DNA from: an uncultured Pelagibacteraceae bacterium
Lineage (GTDB): Bacteria; Pseudomonadota; Alphaproteobacteria; Pelagibacterales; Pelagibacteraceae
Direction: 5' to 3'
Length of the DNA stretch: 64,000 bases
Assembly (NCBI GenBank): GCA_902612605.1
Contig: CACMDY010000003.1
Coordinates: 41,253 to 105,252 of the forward strand
Numbering within the stretch: the first letter of the stretch is position 1; each line of letters starts with the position of its first letter. Below are positions 29,840-37,780 of the stretch, piece after piece. The translations under genes and the position numbers were made by a program. Under the pieces are notes generated by a model, which saw nothing but the letters and a program-made list of their open reading frames with translations, ran no database searches and was not told the DNA's origin.

Positions 29840-31278
29840 TATTTTAAATTATCAATAAAATATTTACTAGCAATGGCAGCAGTTTCTCCACCATTGTCAC
29901 CACCAGTTGTCGTACCTCTTTTTCCACATTTTTTATAAATCTTCACATACATTTTTCTGTATAATTTGTTTGCTTCTCCTGATTTAGCAGATGCTTTTTC
30001 AAAATCTTTTTGCCACTTTTTAATATCCATTTTAAATTCTTTTTTCATAACATCAGATAGACTTTCAGATATAAAACCCTGGTCATTTAATTTCCAACCA
30101 TCTGGGACGTACATTTCACATTTATTGAAGTGAACACATCCTTTACATTTACTTGCCGGAGAATCTGTATAAAAATCATGGTGCCATCCATCTTTTACAA
30201 TTACCTCGACATCTGCACCTGCTTTTTTTAATCTTTCAGCATAATCTTCACAAAATCTTGCTGGTGTATAATCATCTGCACCTCCAAGTAAAAATAATAA
30301 TTTAGTTTTTGTAGGAGTTGGATTTTCAAATCTCATATTAAAACAATCTGGAGCCATGGGTAATGATGCAAGAAAATATCTATCTTTTCCAATTACTGCC
30401 TCTGAAAATTTTTTTTCAGCTGCCATGTATGAAGCTGTTCCACCTCTTGATAAACCAGTAATTCCTAATTTTGTAGCATTAACGCGAGGATGCTTATCTA
30501 ATATATCGTAAGCAACTAATGCATCCAATTCTCCAGCGTTAATTGAGACTTTGCCTTGATTTTTGTGAACATTCTCTGTTCCCCTGCTTGTAAAATTATC
30601 TATCTCAAAAATACCTATATTATTTTTTAATAATTGATTTTTAAAATCATTACGCCAAGACTGAAGGGGATTTGTAAACTCGCTGGGCCCTCCACTACTA
30701 TGCACAGTCACAACAACTGGTAAATTTTTTCCCTCTTTTGGTAAAATTAACTTTCCAGATACTTCAACTGGAGAATTAATATAAGATCCATTTATGATTA
30801 CCAGAGGAATACCTGGATTGTAACTTGTAAATTTAATTATTTCTTCACTTGCCTCACTTAAATACTTTAAAGGGGTGAAATGTGCAGGACGATCAACTTT
30901 AAAAAACCTACCTTTGCACCTCCACGGTTTTTCAAATGGCATTCTAGCTTTTAAAGATGCTTCATTTCCATTAATAAATTCACCTTTAATTTTTAATTTT
31001 TCTGAGCCCCACTCCCATTTCCAACTTTTTGTAATAGAAACCTTATTATCTTTAATTGTACCAACAAATTTTATATTTTCTCTTCCCCAGTTCTTTTGTT
31101 CAAAAGGTCCTAATTGAAATTTATTATTTTCAACATTTACTATATAAGAAGACTCATACCATTCATTTCCACCTTGTTTGCAACCAAGATCTATTTTCCA
31201 TGAATTGGGATATTCCTCAGCCGTAAGATTATTATTCCAAAGTAATGATAAAATAATTAGAATTATAATTTTTTTCAT
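29839..31278 (-). CDS. Exported alpha/beta hydrolase (dienelactone-hydrolase-like) with an extra N-terminal domain
   Basis: Signal peptide; oxyanion HSSGG, nucleophile GLSRGG, acid GGADDY, His in GWHHDF; 8 Cys. Confidence 0.75.
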   Translation of the reverse strand: MKKIIILIILSLLWNNNLTAEEYPNSWKIDLGCKQGGNEWYESSYIVNVENNKFQLGPFEQKNWGRENIKFVGTIKDNKVSITKSWKWEWGSEKLKIKGEFINGNEASLKARMPFEKPWRCKGRFFKVDRPAHFTPLKYLSEASEEIIKFTSYNPGIPLVIINGSYINSPVEVSGKLILPKEGKNLPVVVTVHSSGGPSEFTNPLQSWRNDFKNQLLKNNIGIFEIDNFTSRGTENVHKNQGKVSINAGELDALVAYDILDKHPRVNATKLGITGLSRGGTASYMAAEKKFSEAVIGKDRYFLASLPMAPDCFNMRFENPTPTKTKLLFLLGGADDYTPARFCEDYAERLKKAGADVEVIVKDGWHHDFYTDSPASKCKGCVHFNKCEMYVPDGWKLNDQGFISESLSDVMKKEFKMDIKKWQKDFEKASAKSGEANKLYRKMYVKIYKKCGKRGTTTGGDNGGETAAIASKYFIDNLK

Positions 31279-32204
31279 TTTATTCGTGAAGCGATGTATT
31301 CTTTAATTGTTGGATTATAATACTGAAAACAAAGTCCAACATCCATATTATGACCCTTTTTTACTGGTTCCTCCCAGTCATCTCCTTTTCTCTTACATCT
31401 CTTTCCATTAATTTTATAATTTTCTGAAATTATTATTCTTTTCATTCCAGGAATTTCTTCTAACCAATCAGATAATAATCCTTCATATTTATCCTTAGGA
31501 TGTGTGAAGGCTAATATAGGAACTTTTAAATTATTTTTAATTTCGTCATTCATCTTTTGTCGAACATCATGAGGTCCTTGATTTTTTTTTCTAAATTTAG
31601 CCATTGCTTTTTCTACACCATTTTTCTTTACTTTATATTTTGAAGACAATTTTCCAAAACATGCTTGCATATAAGATATGCCTCCACCCACCTTATCTGG
31701 GTACCTGGACATAAACAATAACGTGGTTAAACCACCACAAGAATGTCCTGTAACAAAAACTTGTTTTCTTGGTACTCCCGCATCTACAAATTTTTCAATT
31801 AATTCTAAATTTAATTCTACTCTTTTATCTAATATATGCTTACCTTCATAAATTTTTGGTTGAGGCTTTAAATACCACCAATCCTTTTTTTTAGACATAT
31901 CTCCTCTAAGATGATTTGAGCATAAATTATAAACCATTATTTTTTTTCCATTAACCTCTTGGTCTATCAAAGATGCATGATTTCTTAACATTGATACCCA
32001 TGTACAATTTTTTGTGGTATCATTTTCGTCTTGTCCGTGATTATAAATTAAAATAATTTTATTTTTAGGATCCTTAATTTCAAAATTCTTAATCAATCTA
32101 ACCTCTTTATTAATGAATCCGCTTTCATTAATCTTATCGTTAGGTCCTGCATAAGCTAGAGTTGAAAATAATATAAAAGTAAAAATTAGTGATATCTTTC
32201 TCAT
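31275..32204 (-). CDS. Exported alpha/beta hydrolase of unknown substrate
   Basis: Signal peptide; YNHGQ, nucleophile elbow GHSCGG, candidate Asp in HPKDKY and His in KGHNM; 6 Cys. Confidence 0.72.
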   Translation of the reverse strand: MRKISLIFTFILFSTLAYAGPNDKINESGFINKEVRLIKNFEIKDPKNKIILIYNHGQDENDTTKNCTWVSMLRNHASLIDQEVNGKKIMVYNLCSNHLRGDMSKKKDWWYLKPQPKIYEGKHILDKRVELNLELIEKFVDAGVPRKQVFVTGHSCGGLTTLLFMSRYPDKVGGGISYMQACFGKLSSKYKVKKNGVEKAMAKFRKKNQGPHDVRQKMNDEIKNNLKVPILAFTHPKDKYEGLLSDWLEEIPGMKRIIISENYKINGKRCKRKGDDWEEPVKKGHNMDVGLCFQYYNPTIKEYIASRIK

Positions 32205-33076
32205 TTTTTTAAAAGTATCCTTCCTGCTACTGTTTTAAGTTTATCTTTTGTTTTTTGTGTTCTTTTTTCTGGGGCTGTAATTATAGCTACATCTAAACAA
32301 TTATTAGTTGGATCATTAGGATCTATGTGATTTTCAAAGTTCTCTATCAAATTTTTAATCATATTTTTTGCTTTTGCTGCATTGTCTAAAAGTACTTTTA
32401 TTACTTGTTGAACGTCAACATTTTCATGATCTGGATGCCAGCAATCATAATCTGTTACCATCGATACTGAAGCATATCTAATTTCTGCTTCTCTTGCTAG
32501 CTTAGCTTCTGGCATATTTGTCATTCCAATAACATCTGCTTTCCATGATCTATATAGATTTGACTCTGCTAATGTAGAGAATTGTGGACCTTCCATGACG
32601 ACATAAGTTCCACCTTTTTGAAAAGGTATATTTTCTTTTTTAATAGCATCTTCGCAAGCATTCATTAGCCCACTTGAAGTTGGATGTGCCATTGATACAT
32701 GTGCAACAATCTCATCATCAAAAAAGGTTTTGTTTCTTGCAAAAGTCCTATCAATAAACTGATCAACAATAACAAATTTACCTGGAGGTAAATCTTCTTT
32801 TAAAGATCCGACAGCTGAAACAGAAACTATGTCAGTGATTCCGAGTTGTTTAAGGGCGTCTATATTGGCTCTAAAATTTATTTTTGAAGGAGAAATGAAA
32901 TGACCTTTTCCGTGTCTTGGAAGAAAATAAATTTCTTTATTATTGTATTTTGCCTTTAAAATTAAATCAGACGGTTTTCCCCAAGGTGTGTTTAAATCTA
33001 ATGTTTCCCTATCTTTAAACTCTTCAACATCATAAAGACCGCTTCCGCCGATAATTGCCAATTTATTATTTGCCAT
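32201..33076 (-). CDS. mtnP: S-methyl-5'-thioadenosine phosphorylase
   Basis: IIGGSG, PRHG, EGPQFSTLAES, IGMTNMPEAKLARE and TDYD motifs. Confidence 0.95.
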   Translation of the reverse strand: MANNKLAIIGGSGLYDVEEFKDRETLDLNTPWGKPSDLILKAKYNNKEIYFLPRHGKGHFISPSKINFRANIDALKQLGITDIVSVSAVGSLKEDLPPGKFVIVDQFIDRTFARNKTFFDDEIVAHVSMAHPTSSGLMNACEDAIKKENIPFQKGGTYVVMEGPQFSTLAESNLYRSWKADVIGMTNMPEAKLAREAEIRYASVSMVTDYDCWHPDHENVDVQQVIKVLLDNAAKAKNMIKNLIENFENHIDPNDPTNNCLDVAIITAPEKRTQKTKDKLKTVAGRILLKK

Positions 33077-33088
33077 AATACATTTTAG

Positions 33089-33096
33089 ATTATAAT
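33089..33096. promoter_or_regulatory. Candidate shared (bidirectional) -10 element for mtnP and apt
   Basis: The palindrome ATTATAAT gives TATAAT on both strands inside the 28-nt divergent gap. Confidence 0.4.
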
Positions 33097-33104
33097 TAAG
33101 TTTT

Positions 33105-33632
33105 ATGGATTTAAAAGAACATATTAGATCAATTAAAGACTATCCTAAAAAAGGAATTCTTTTCAGAGATATAACAACACTTATAAAAAATGAAAAGGCA
33201 TTCAAAGAATGTATTAACCAAATTGTTGAAAGATCAAAAAAATTCCAGTTTGATAAAATTGCAGCTGTAGAATCTAGAGGCTTTGTTTTTGCATCAGCTA
33301 TTTCTTATATACTTGATAAACCGTTCATAATGTTGAGAAAAAAAAATAAATTACCTGCTGATGTTCATTCAGTAGACTTTGAACTTGAGTATGGAACAGC
33401 AACAATAGAAGTCCATAAAGATTCTTTTGACGAAGGTGATAAAGTCTTAATTATAGACGATTTAATTGCTACTGGCGGCACTGCAGAAGCTGCTGCTAAA
33501 TTAATAGAGATATCAAAAAGCAAGGTTGCAGGTTTTATTTTTGTAATTAATTTATTTGATCTTGGTGGTACTGAAAATCTTTTGAAAAAGGGTTATGAAG
33601 TAGAAAATCTTTTAGATTTTCCTGGACATTAA
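33105..33632 (+). CDS. apt: Adenine phosphoribosyltransferase
   Basis: DYPKKGILFRDI, ESRGF, LEYGT and PRPP motif IIDDLIATGGT. Confidence 0.96.
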   Translation: MDLKEHIRSIKDYPKKGILFRDITTLIKNEKAFKECINQIVERSKKFQFDKIAAVESRGFVFASAISYILDKPFIMLRKKNKLPADVHSVDFELEYGTATIEVHKDSFDEGDKVLIIDDLIATGGTAEAAAKLIEISKSKVAGFIFVINLFDLGGTENLLKKGYEVENLLDFPGH

Positions 33633-34477
33633 TTTGCTGTCATTATTGCTTGAAAGGGACCACTTCCAATCCAAATTGAGTCTGCGCCCGTGTTTGATAA
33701 ATGCATACCCTCTCCAACATTAAATGTCATACTTAAAGAAGTTGTTGCTCCAGTAACTATGATAGGATCTGCAAATTTTACTAGACCTTCTAGCTTTACA
33801 ACTTCACCTGTGTTAGCTGCTCTATGTTCGTTACTATCAACTAAATATCCAACAATACTCGCTGTTGTTCCATTTATATTATCAACTTCAGCCTTTGACG
33901 AGAATGCATCGTCATGTGCACCAAATTGAGCTAATGTTTCAACAAATTTTCCTGGTGTTATAGCGCTTGAACCGCAAACAGAATTTCCAGTATGAGTGCT
34001 ACCTTTTGCATGTGTTCCAGAGCCAGCTTTTGTTCCACAAAAAACTCCAGTTCCACTGGATGTTCCTGTTTTAGCACCACTAAGCTCGCCTGCCCATGTT
34101 AAACCAAAGGTATTATCCATGTAAGCATATCCATGAGTATAAGTTCCATTTGGAGGTCGTGTATAAGTTCCATCAAGAACAATTTCAGCTCCTTGAGTTA
34201 CAGCTGCAGTAGCCCCACTTGAATTATTAAACACTTGAGAACAAGGAGTTAAAACAACTGTAGATGATGTTGTTGCTTCAGTTGGGGCACTAGTACATAA
34301 ATACAGTTTATAAATTACTATCTCATATTCAGCAGGTGCTGTATCACAACCACTGTTAATATCACTTTCTGATACAACTCCTGAAGATATCGTGCAAGCT
34401 TCAGCTTTATTAGCATTAAACATTTCAAAAATAAAAATTGTAGATAAAACTAAAAATAAATACTTAATATTTTTCAT
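33629..34477 (-). CDS. Exported Ser/Thr/Gly-rich hypothetical protein with 6 Cys (predicted beta-rich)
   Basis: Signal peptide ending AEA. Translationally coupled to the upstream barrel gene (TAA-ATG with an AGGAGG SD). No family recognised. Confidence 0.8.
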   Translation of the reverse strand: MKNIKYLFLVLSTIFIFEMFNANKAEACTISSGVVSESDINSGCDTAPAEYEIVIYKLYLCTSAPTEATTSSTVVLTPCSQVFNNSSGATAAVTQGAEIVLDGTYTRPPNGTYTHGYAYMDNTFGLTWAGELSGAKTGTSSGTGVFCGTKAGSGTHAKGSTHTGNSVCGSSAITPGKFVETLAQFGAHDDAFSSKAEVDNINGTTASIVGYLVDSNEHRAANTGEVVKLEGLVKFADPIIVTGATTSLSMTFNVGEGMHLSNTGADSIWIGSGPFQAIMTAN

Positions 34478-35326
34478 TTAAAATCCTCCTGCCTTAACAG
34501 TAAAACCTGCTCCTTTTTTCTTAATTACATTTTCTCTTCTAACCTTTTCATGCATTCTATCTTTCATGGAAATTCTTTCAAAGGCATCACTACTAAATAG
34601 AGAAGTGCCAGGATTTTTTATACTATTGCTATACTTAAGATTGATAAAACTTTGATCATTGTGATGATCGTAATTAGTATGACCAATTTCAAATGATAAC
34701 CCAGAATTTGGTACTTTAATCTGAGTAGAGATTTCTAAACCTTGAAAATCTTTTCCACCAGAAACTTCAAAATCGAAAGCTTTCAAATAAGCTTTCATAG
34801 ATGGTATATATGGAAGATGTGCACCTAACTCAACATCGAAACCATCAATAGCCTCTTCATTTTTGTTATCTTTTCCTTTTTTATTAGAGCTTTGGGCAAA
34901 ATACTGATTGTAATTTAAATCAAGAATAGAAGATTTAATCTCAGCACCAATGCTAAATCTTTGGTGCTCATAATCAAATTCATAATCATAAAAAGCATTT
35001 ATACCAAATAATATACTTTCATCATCAGATAAATATCTTTGTCCAAGTCCGAAATTAAATGTTTCTCTGTCACTGTCGTGTAAAAATAATGATCCTTGGA
35101 AAAAAGATAAATCTGAGCTATCTTCTGAAAATATCTTAAATGTTTGTATTCCAATTTCTGGTTTAATAGTTTCAATTTTTTTTATTGAAAAATCTGTATT
35201 TTCAAAATTCTCCTCCAAAAAACTTTCTAAAGAAGAATAAAATCTATCTACTACTTCATCTACTTTAGCAAAAGAAGCTGAGATAAAAAGCAAATTAAAT
35301 ATAAGAATTTTTAATAAAAATTTCAT
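34478..35326 (-). CDS. Inverse-autotransporter (intimin/invasin) beta-domain protein without a passenger
   Basis: Signal peptide. N.GLGQRY...LFGINAFYDY...HQRFSIGAE...N.Y...DGFDVEL...LPY.P and a terminal KVRREN pattern resemble the intimin/invasin barrel and linker. Ends in Phe. Confidence 0.8.
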   Translation of the reverse strand: MKFLLKILIFNLLFISASFAKVDEVVDRFYSSLESFLEENFENTDFSIKKIETIKPEIGIQTFKIFSEDSSDLSFFQGSLFLHDSDRETFNFGLGQRYLSDDESILFGINAFYDYEFDYEHQRFSIGAEIKSSILDLNYNQYFAQSSNKKGKDNKNEEAIDGFDVELGAHLPYIPSMKAYLKAFDFEVSGGKDFQGLEISTQIKVPNSGLSFEIGHTNYDHHNDQSFINLKYSNSIKNPGTSLFSSDAFERISMKDRMHEKVRRENVIKKKGAGFTVKAGGF

Positions 35327-35370
35327 ATTTTATTTATAAAGATATATTCAACAATTGAAAGGTTTAAGAA

Positions 35371-35447
35371 TGGTAGCGGGAAGTGGGATCGAACCACTGA
35401 CCTCGGGCTTATGAGTCCCGCGCTCTAACCAACTGAGCTACCCCGCC
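35371..35447 (-). tRNA. tRNA-Met (anticodon CAT), most likely elongator
   Basis: Reverse complement GGCGGGGTAGCTCAGTTGGTTAGAGCGCGGGACTCATAAGCCCGAGGTCAGTGGTTCGATCCCACTTCCCGCTACCA folds as a cloverleaf. 77 nt, TTCGA T-loop, encoded CCA. Confidence 0.95.
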
Positions 35448-35462
35448 TTAAATAATTGTTGG

Positions 35463-35490
35463 TTTATACTACTTTTATTTTTTGATGCAA
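35463..35490 (-). promoter_or_regulatory. sigma70-type promoter for the tRNA
   Basis: TTGCAT-16 nt-TATAAA on the minus strand, 15 nt upstream of the tRNA 5' end. Confidence 0.6.
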
Positions 35491-35498
35491 ACAAGATT

Positions 35499-35612
35499 TC
35501 ACTTGTTTTTTTTCTTGTCTTTTTTAATTTTTCTTTTTTCCTTCAGAGAAAGTTTAGCTTTTTTCATTACACTAGAATCTTTAAAGGATTTGCCACTATA
35601 TCTTTTTGACAT
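35499..35612 (-). CDS. Small highly basic protein, 37 aa
   Basis: Manual translation: MSKRYSGKSFKDSSVMKKAKLSLKEKRKIKKDKKKNK*. The ATG directly follows the stop of the upstream gene. An alternative ATG lies at 35567. Confidence 0.5.
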   Translation of the reverse strand: MSKRYSGKSFKDSSVMKKAKLSLKEKRKIKKDKKKNK

Positions 35613-36062
35613 TTAATTTATTTGTTCAAAAAACTTATCTTTTAATTGGTATGTGAATGGATATTCTTTTCCAATTGGTTGAAATTTGGTTTTGATTACA
35701 ATTACATTTTGTTTATCCAATTTAAATTTCCAAGTTAATTTAATATCTCCAGAAAAAACTCTTAACTTACCTAAGTTTGTAAATCTCCATCCATCCTCTG
35801 AGATAATTTTACCATCTTGATATCTTTTATAACTTGTTTCATCAAATATATAAGTTACAACACCTTGATTTCTCTCATCATCCAAAGTTATTGCATAATT
35901 ATTTAAAAATTCGGCTGTTTGAGATTTATTCAAACTTTTCTTAGATATAGATTTCAAAAAGTCAGTAGTTTTATCAATTGTTTCATCTATTTTATCTTTG
36001 GCTAATGAGATAGATGATAAAAAAAGAAAAATGAAAAGAATGCTAAATATTTTTTTAAACAT
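35613..36062 (-). CDS. Exported hypothetical protein, 149 aa
   Basis: Signal peptide, in an operon with the AEC transporter. No family recognised. Confidence 0.72.
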   Translation of the reverse strand: MFKKIFSILFIFLFLSSISLAKDKIDETIDKTTDFLKSISKKSLNKSQTAEFLNNYAITLDDERNQGVVTYIFDETSYKRYQDGKIISEDGWRFTNLGKLRVFSGDIKLTWKFKLDKQNVIVIKTKFQPIGKEYPFTYQLKDKFFEQIN

Positions 36063-36068
36063 AAATTT

Positions 36069-36992
36069 CTAATTTAATAAATTTATAGTAAATAAAAAGG
36101 TAAATATTGAAGCAAATGTTGAGATAAATATTGCCTTAATTATATTTTCCGGACTTACATTATATGCAGAACACATAACAATTGAGGTGGCTCCACAAGG
36201 GCCAACGCTTACCAACAAGGCTCCAACAAAATTTACTGGATTTGATAAACTAAAGAATGTGTAACCTAAAATTAGCAAAATCAGAGGTGATATAATAAGT
36301 TTTAATATTGAAATAGTGATTGTTAATTTATTGAAAACATTTTTTGAATAAAAAGATAGAATAATACCAATTGCAAATAAACCAACCGGCATCACACATG
36401 CTGCCAGTCTTTGAAGAATATACTCAAATGGGGTTTCGTCTATATTGATTTTTGAAATTCTTATTATCAATCCAATTAATATTGCTAATATCATAGGATT
36501 TAATATTAGATTTCTTAGAAACTGAAATAATTTAATTTTTTTTTTTACAGTAAGTTCTAAAAAGAAACTAACTATAGATAGTAAAACTACACTATCCATT
36601 AAAATAATACCTGATATCTGAGTTATCGTACTACCAGCAAAAAAAATCTCTGCAATAGGTAAAACTAATATTACGTGATTTGATAAAGCAACAGTTAAAG
36701 CCCAAATAATAGATTCTTGCATTGATCTTTTAAAAGTATTTTTAGTTAATAAAAAAGCAAATATTCCACTTGTTAACTGCATTAAAAAATATGATGAAAT
36801 TTGAGATACATCTATTTCCCCAACATCACTTTGCGCAACTAGTTTTATGATTAAAGCTGGTACAGCTATATAAAATGAAAATAAATTAAATATTTTAGCT
36901 TTTTGTAAATCAAATATTTTAATATATCCTAAAATATAACCAATAAGAGTAATGCCTATAAATGGTGTTAACCCTAGAAAGACCTGAAACAT
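36069..36992 (-). CDS. AEC (auxin efflux carrier) family transporter
   Basis: About 10 TM segments; YIAVPALI, NP.ILAI.IG, PVGLFAIG, KL.ISP and GPCGAT motifs. Confidence 0.85.
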   Translation of the reverse strand: MFQVFLGLTPFIGITLIGYILGYIKIFDLQKAKIFNLFSFYIAVPALIIKLVAQSDVGEIDVSQISSYFLMQLTSGIFAFLLTKNTFKRSMQESIIWALTVALSNHVILVLPIAEIFFAGSTITQISGIILMDSVVLLSIVSFFLELTVKKKIKLFQFLRNLILNPMILAILIGLIIRISKINIDETPFEYILQRLAACVMPVGLFAIGIILSFYSKNVFNKLTITISILKLIISPLILLILGYTFFSLSNPVNFVGALLVSVGPCGATSIVMCSAYNVSPENIIKAIFISTFASIFTFLFTINLLN

Positions 36993-37780
36993 TATTGAAC
37001 AGTAATTCTATGCATGATTCTATCTCCTTTAAAAGCTGTAGCTTGATGAAGCATAGATCTATTATCCCAAATAGCTAATTGGTTCTTTTCCCATTCTAAA
37101 GAATATTGAAAACTTTTTTTTAATTGGTGTTTAAATAAATAAGTTTTTAATTTTTTATCAATTTTGCTGTTATTAAAACGAATAAAGTGTCCAGGACTAC
37201 AGTATAAAGTATATTTACTATTTATTTTTCTTATTAATTTATGCTTAGAAATAAGTTCTTTGGCTTTTTTCCCCTTTTCTTTCTCTCTTTCTAATCTTGT
37301 TACAGAAATGGGTCCTTCAGAAGAAAATATACATTTTTCATTTTTAAACTTTCTTTTAAAGTTAGCTGGTAATTTTTCATAAGCTAAATATTGGGAACAA
37401 AAATCTGTATTTGCCTGACCTTTTTTTGGAACTAATTTAGATAACAACATTGTAAATCTAGGCGGCTTTTTAGTATAAATTGAATCTGTGTGAAATTGCT
37501 CACCAAAGCTAGGGCCTTTATCTGTAGATTTTCTTTGAACAACAGTTATTTGAGGATATTTTTTATTCAATCCTTTAAGTCGTGGATAGTTTGCAAGTTT
37601 TCCAAATTTTTTTGCAAATTTTACATAGTGAGCAGAGTTTAATTTTTGGTTTCTAAAATAAATCATCCCATATTTTGATAAGGCAGATTTAATTTTTTTT
37701 AATTTAGAATTATTAATTTTATTTAAATCACAGATTAATTCTGCACCTATATTTTTTTTATTAGGAATAATTTTAAACAT
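36992..37780 (-). CDS. TauD/TfdA-family Fe(II)/2-oxoglutarate dioxygenase
   Basis: IGAE, G.IYFRNQ, facial triad FHTDS (HxD) and IWDNRSMLH, terminal R..HR. Confidence 0.88.
   Translation of the reverse strand: MFKIIPNKKNIGAELICDLNKINNSKLKKIKSALSKYGMIYFRNQKLNSAHYVKFAKKFGKLANYPRLKGLNKKYPQITVVQRKSTDKGPSFGEQFHTDSIYTKKPPRFTMLLSKLVPKKGQANTDFCSQYLAYEKLPANFKRKFKNEKCIFSSEGPISVTRLEREKEKGKKAKELISKHKLIRKINSKYTLYCSPGHFIRFNNSKIDKKLKTYLFKHQLKKSFQYSLEWEKNQLAIWDNRSMLHQATAFKGDRIMHRITVQ

Noticed and set aside
33629-35447. Integrated element (prophage or ICE) at tRNA-Met
   Set aside because: No integrase, no duplicated tRNA 3' end near 33630 and no phage genes. At most this is a small variable gene cassette.
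35371-35447. Initiator tRNA-fMet
   Set aside because: It has a G1-U72 pair rather than a C1:A72 mismatch and lacks G29-G30-G31:C39-C40-C41. tRNA-Ile2(CAU) is less likely given the GGCG...CGCU-A acceptor but cannot be strictly excluded by eye.
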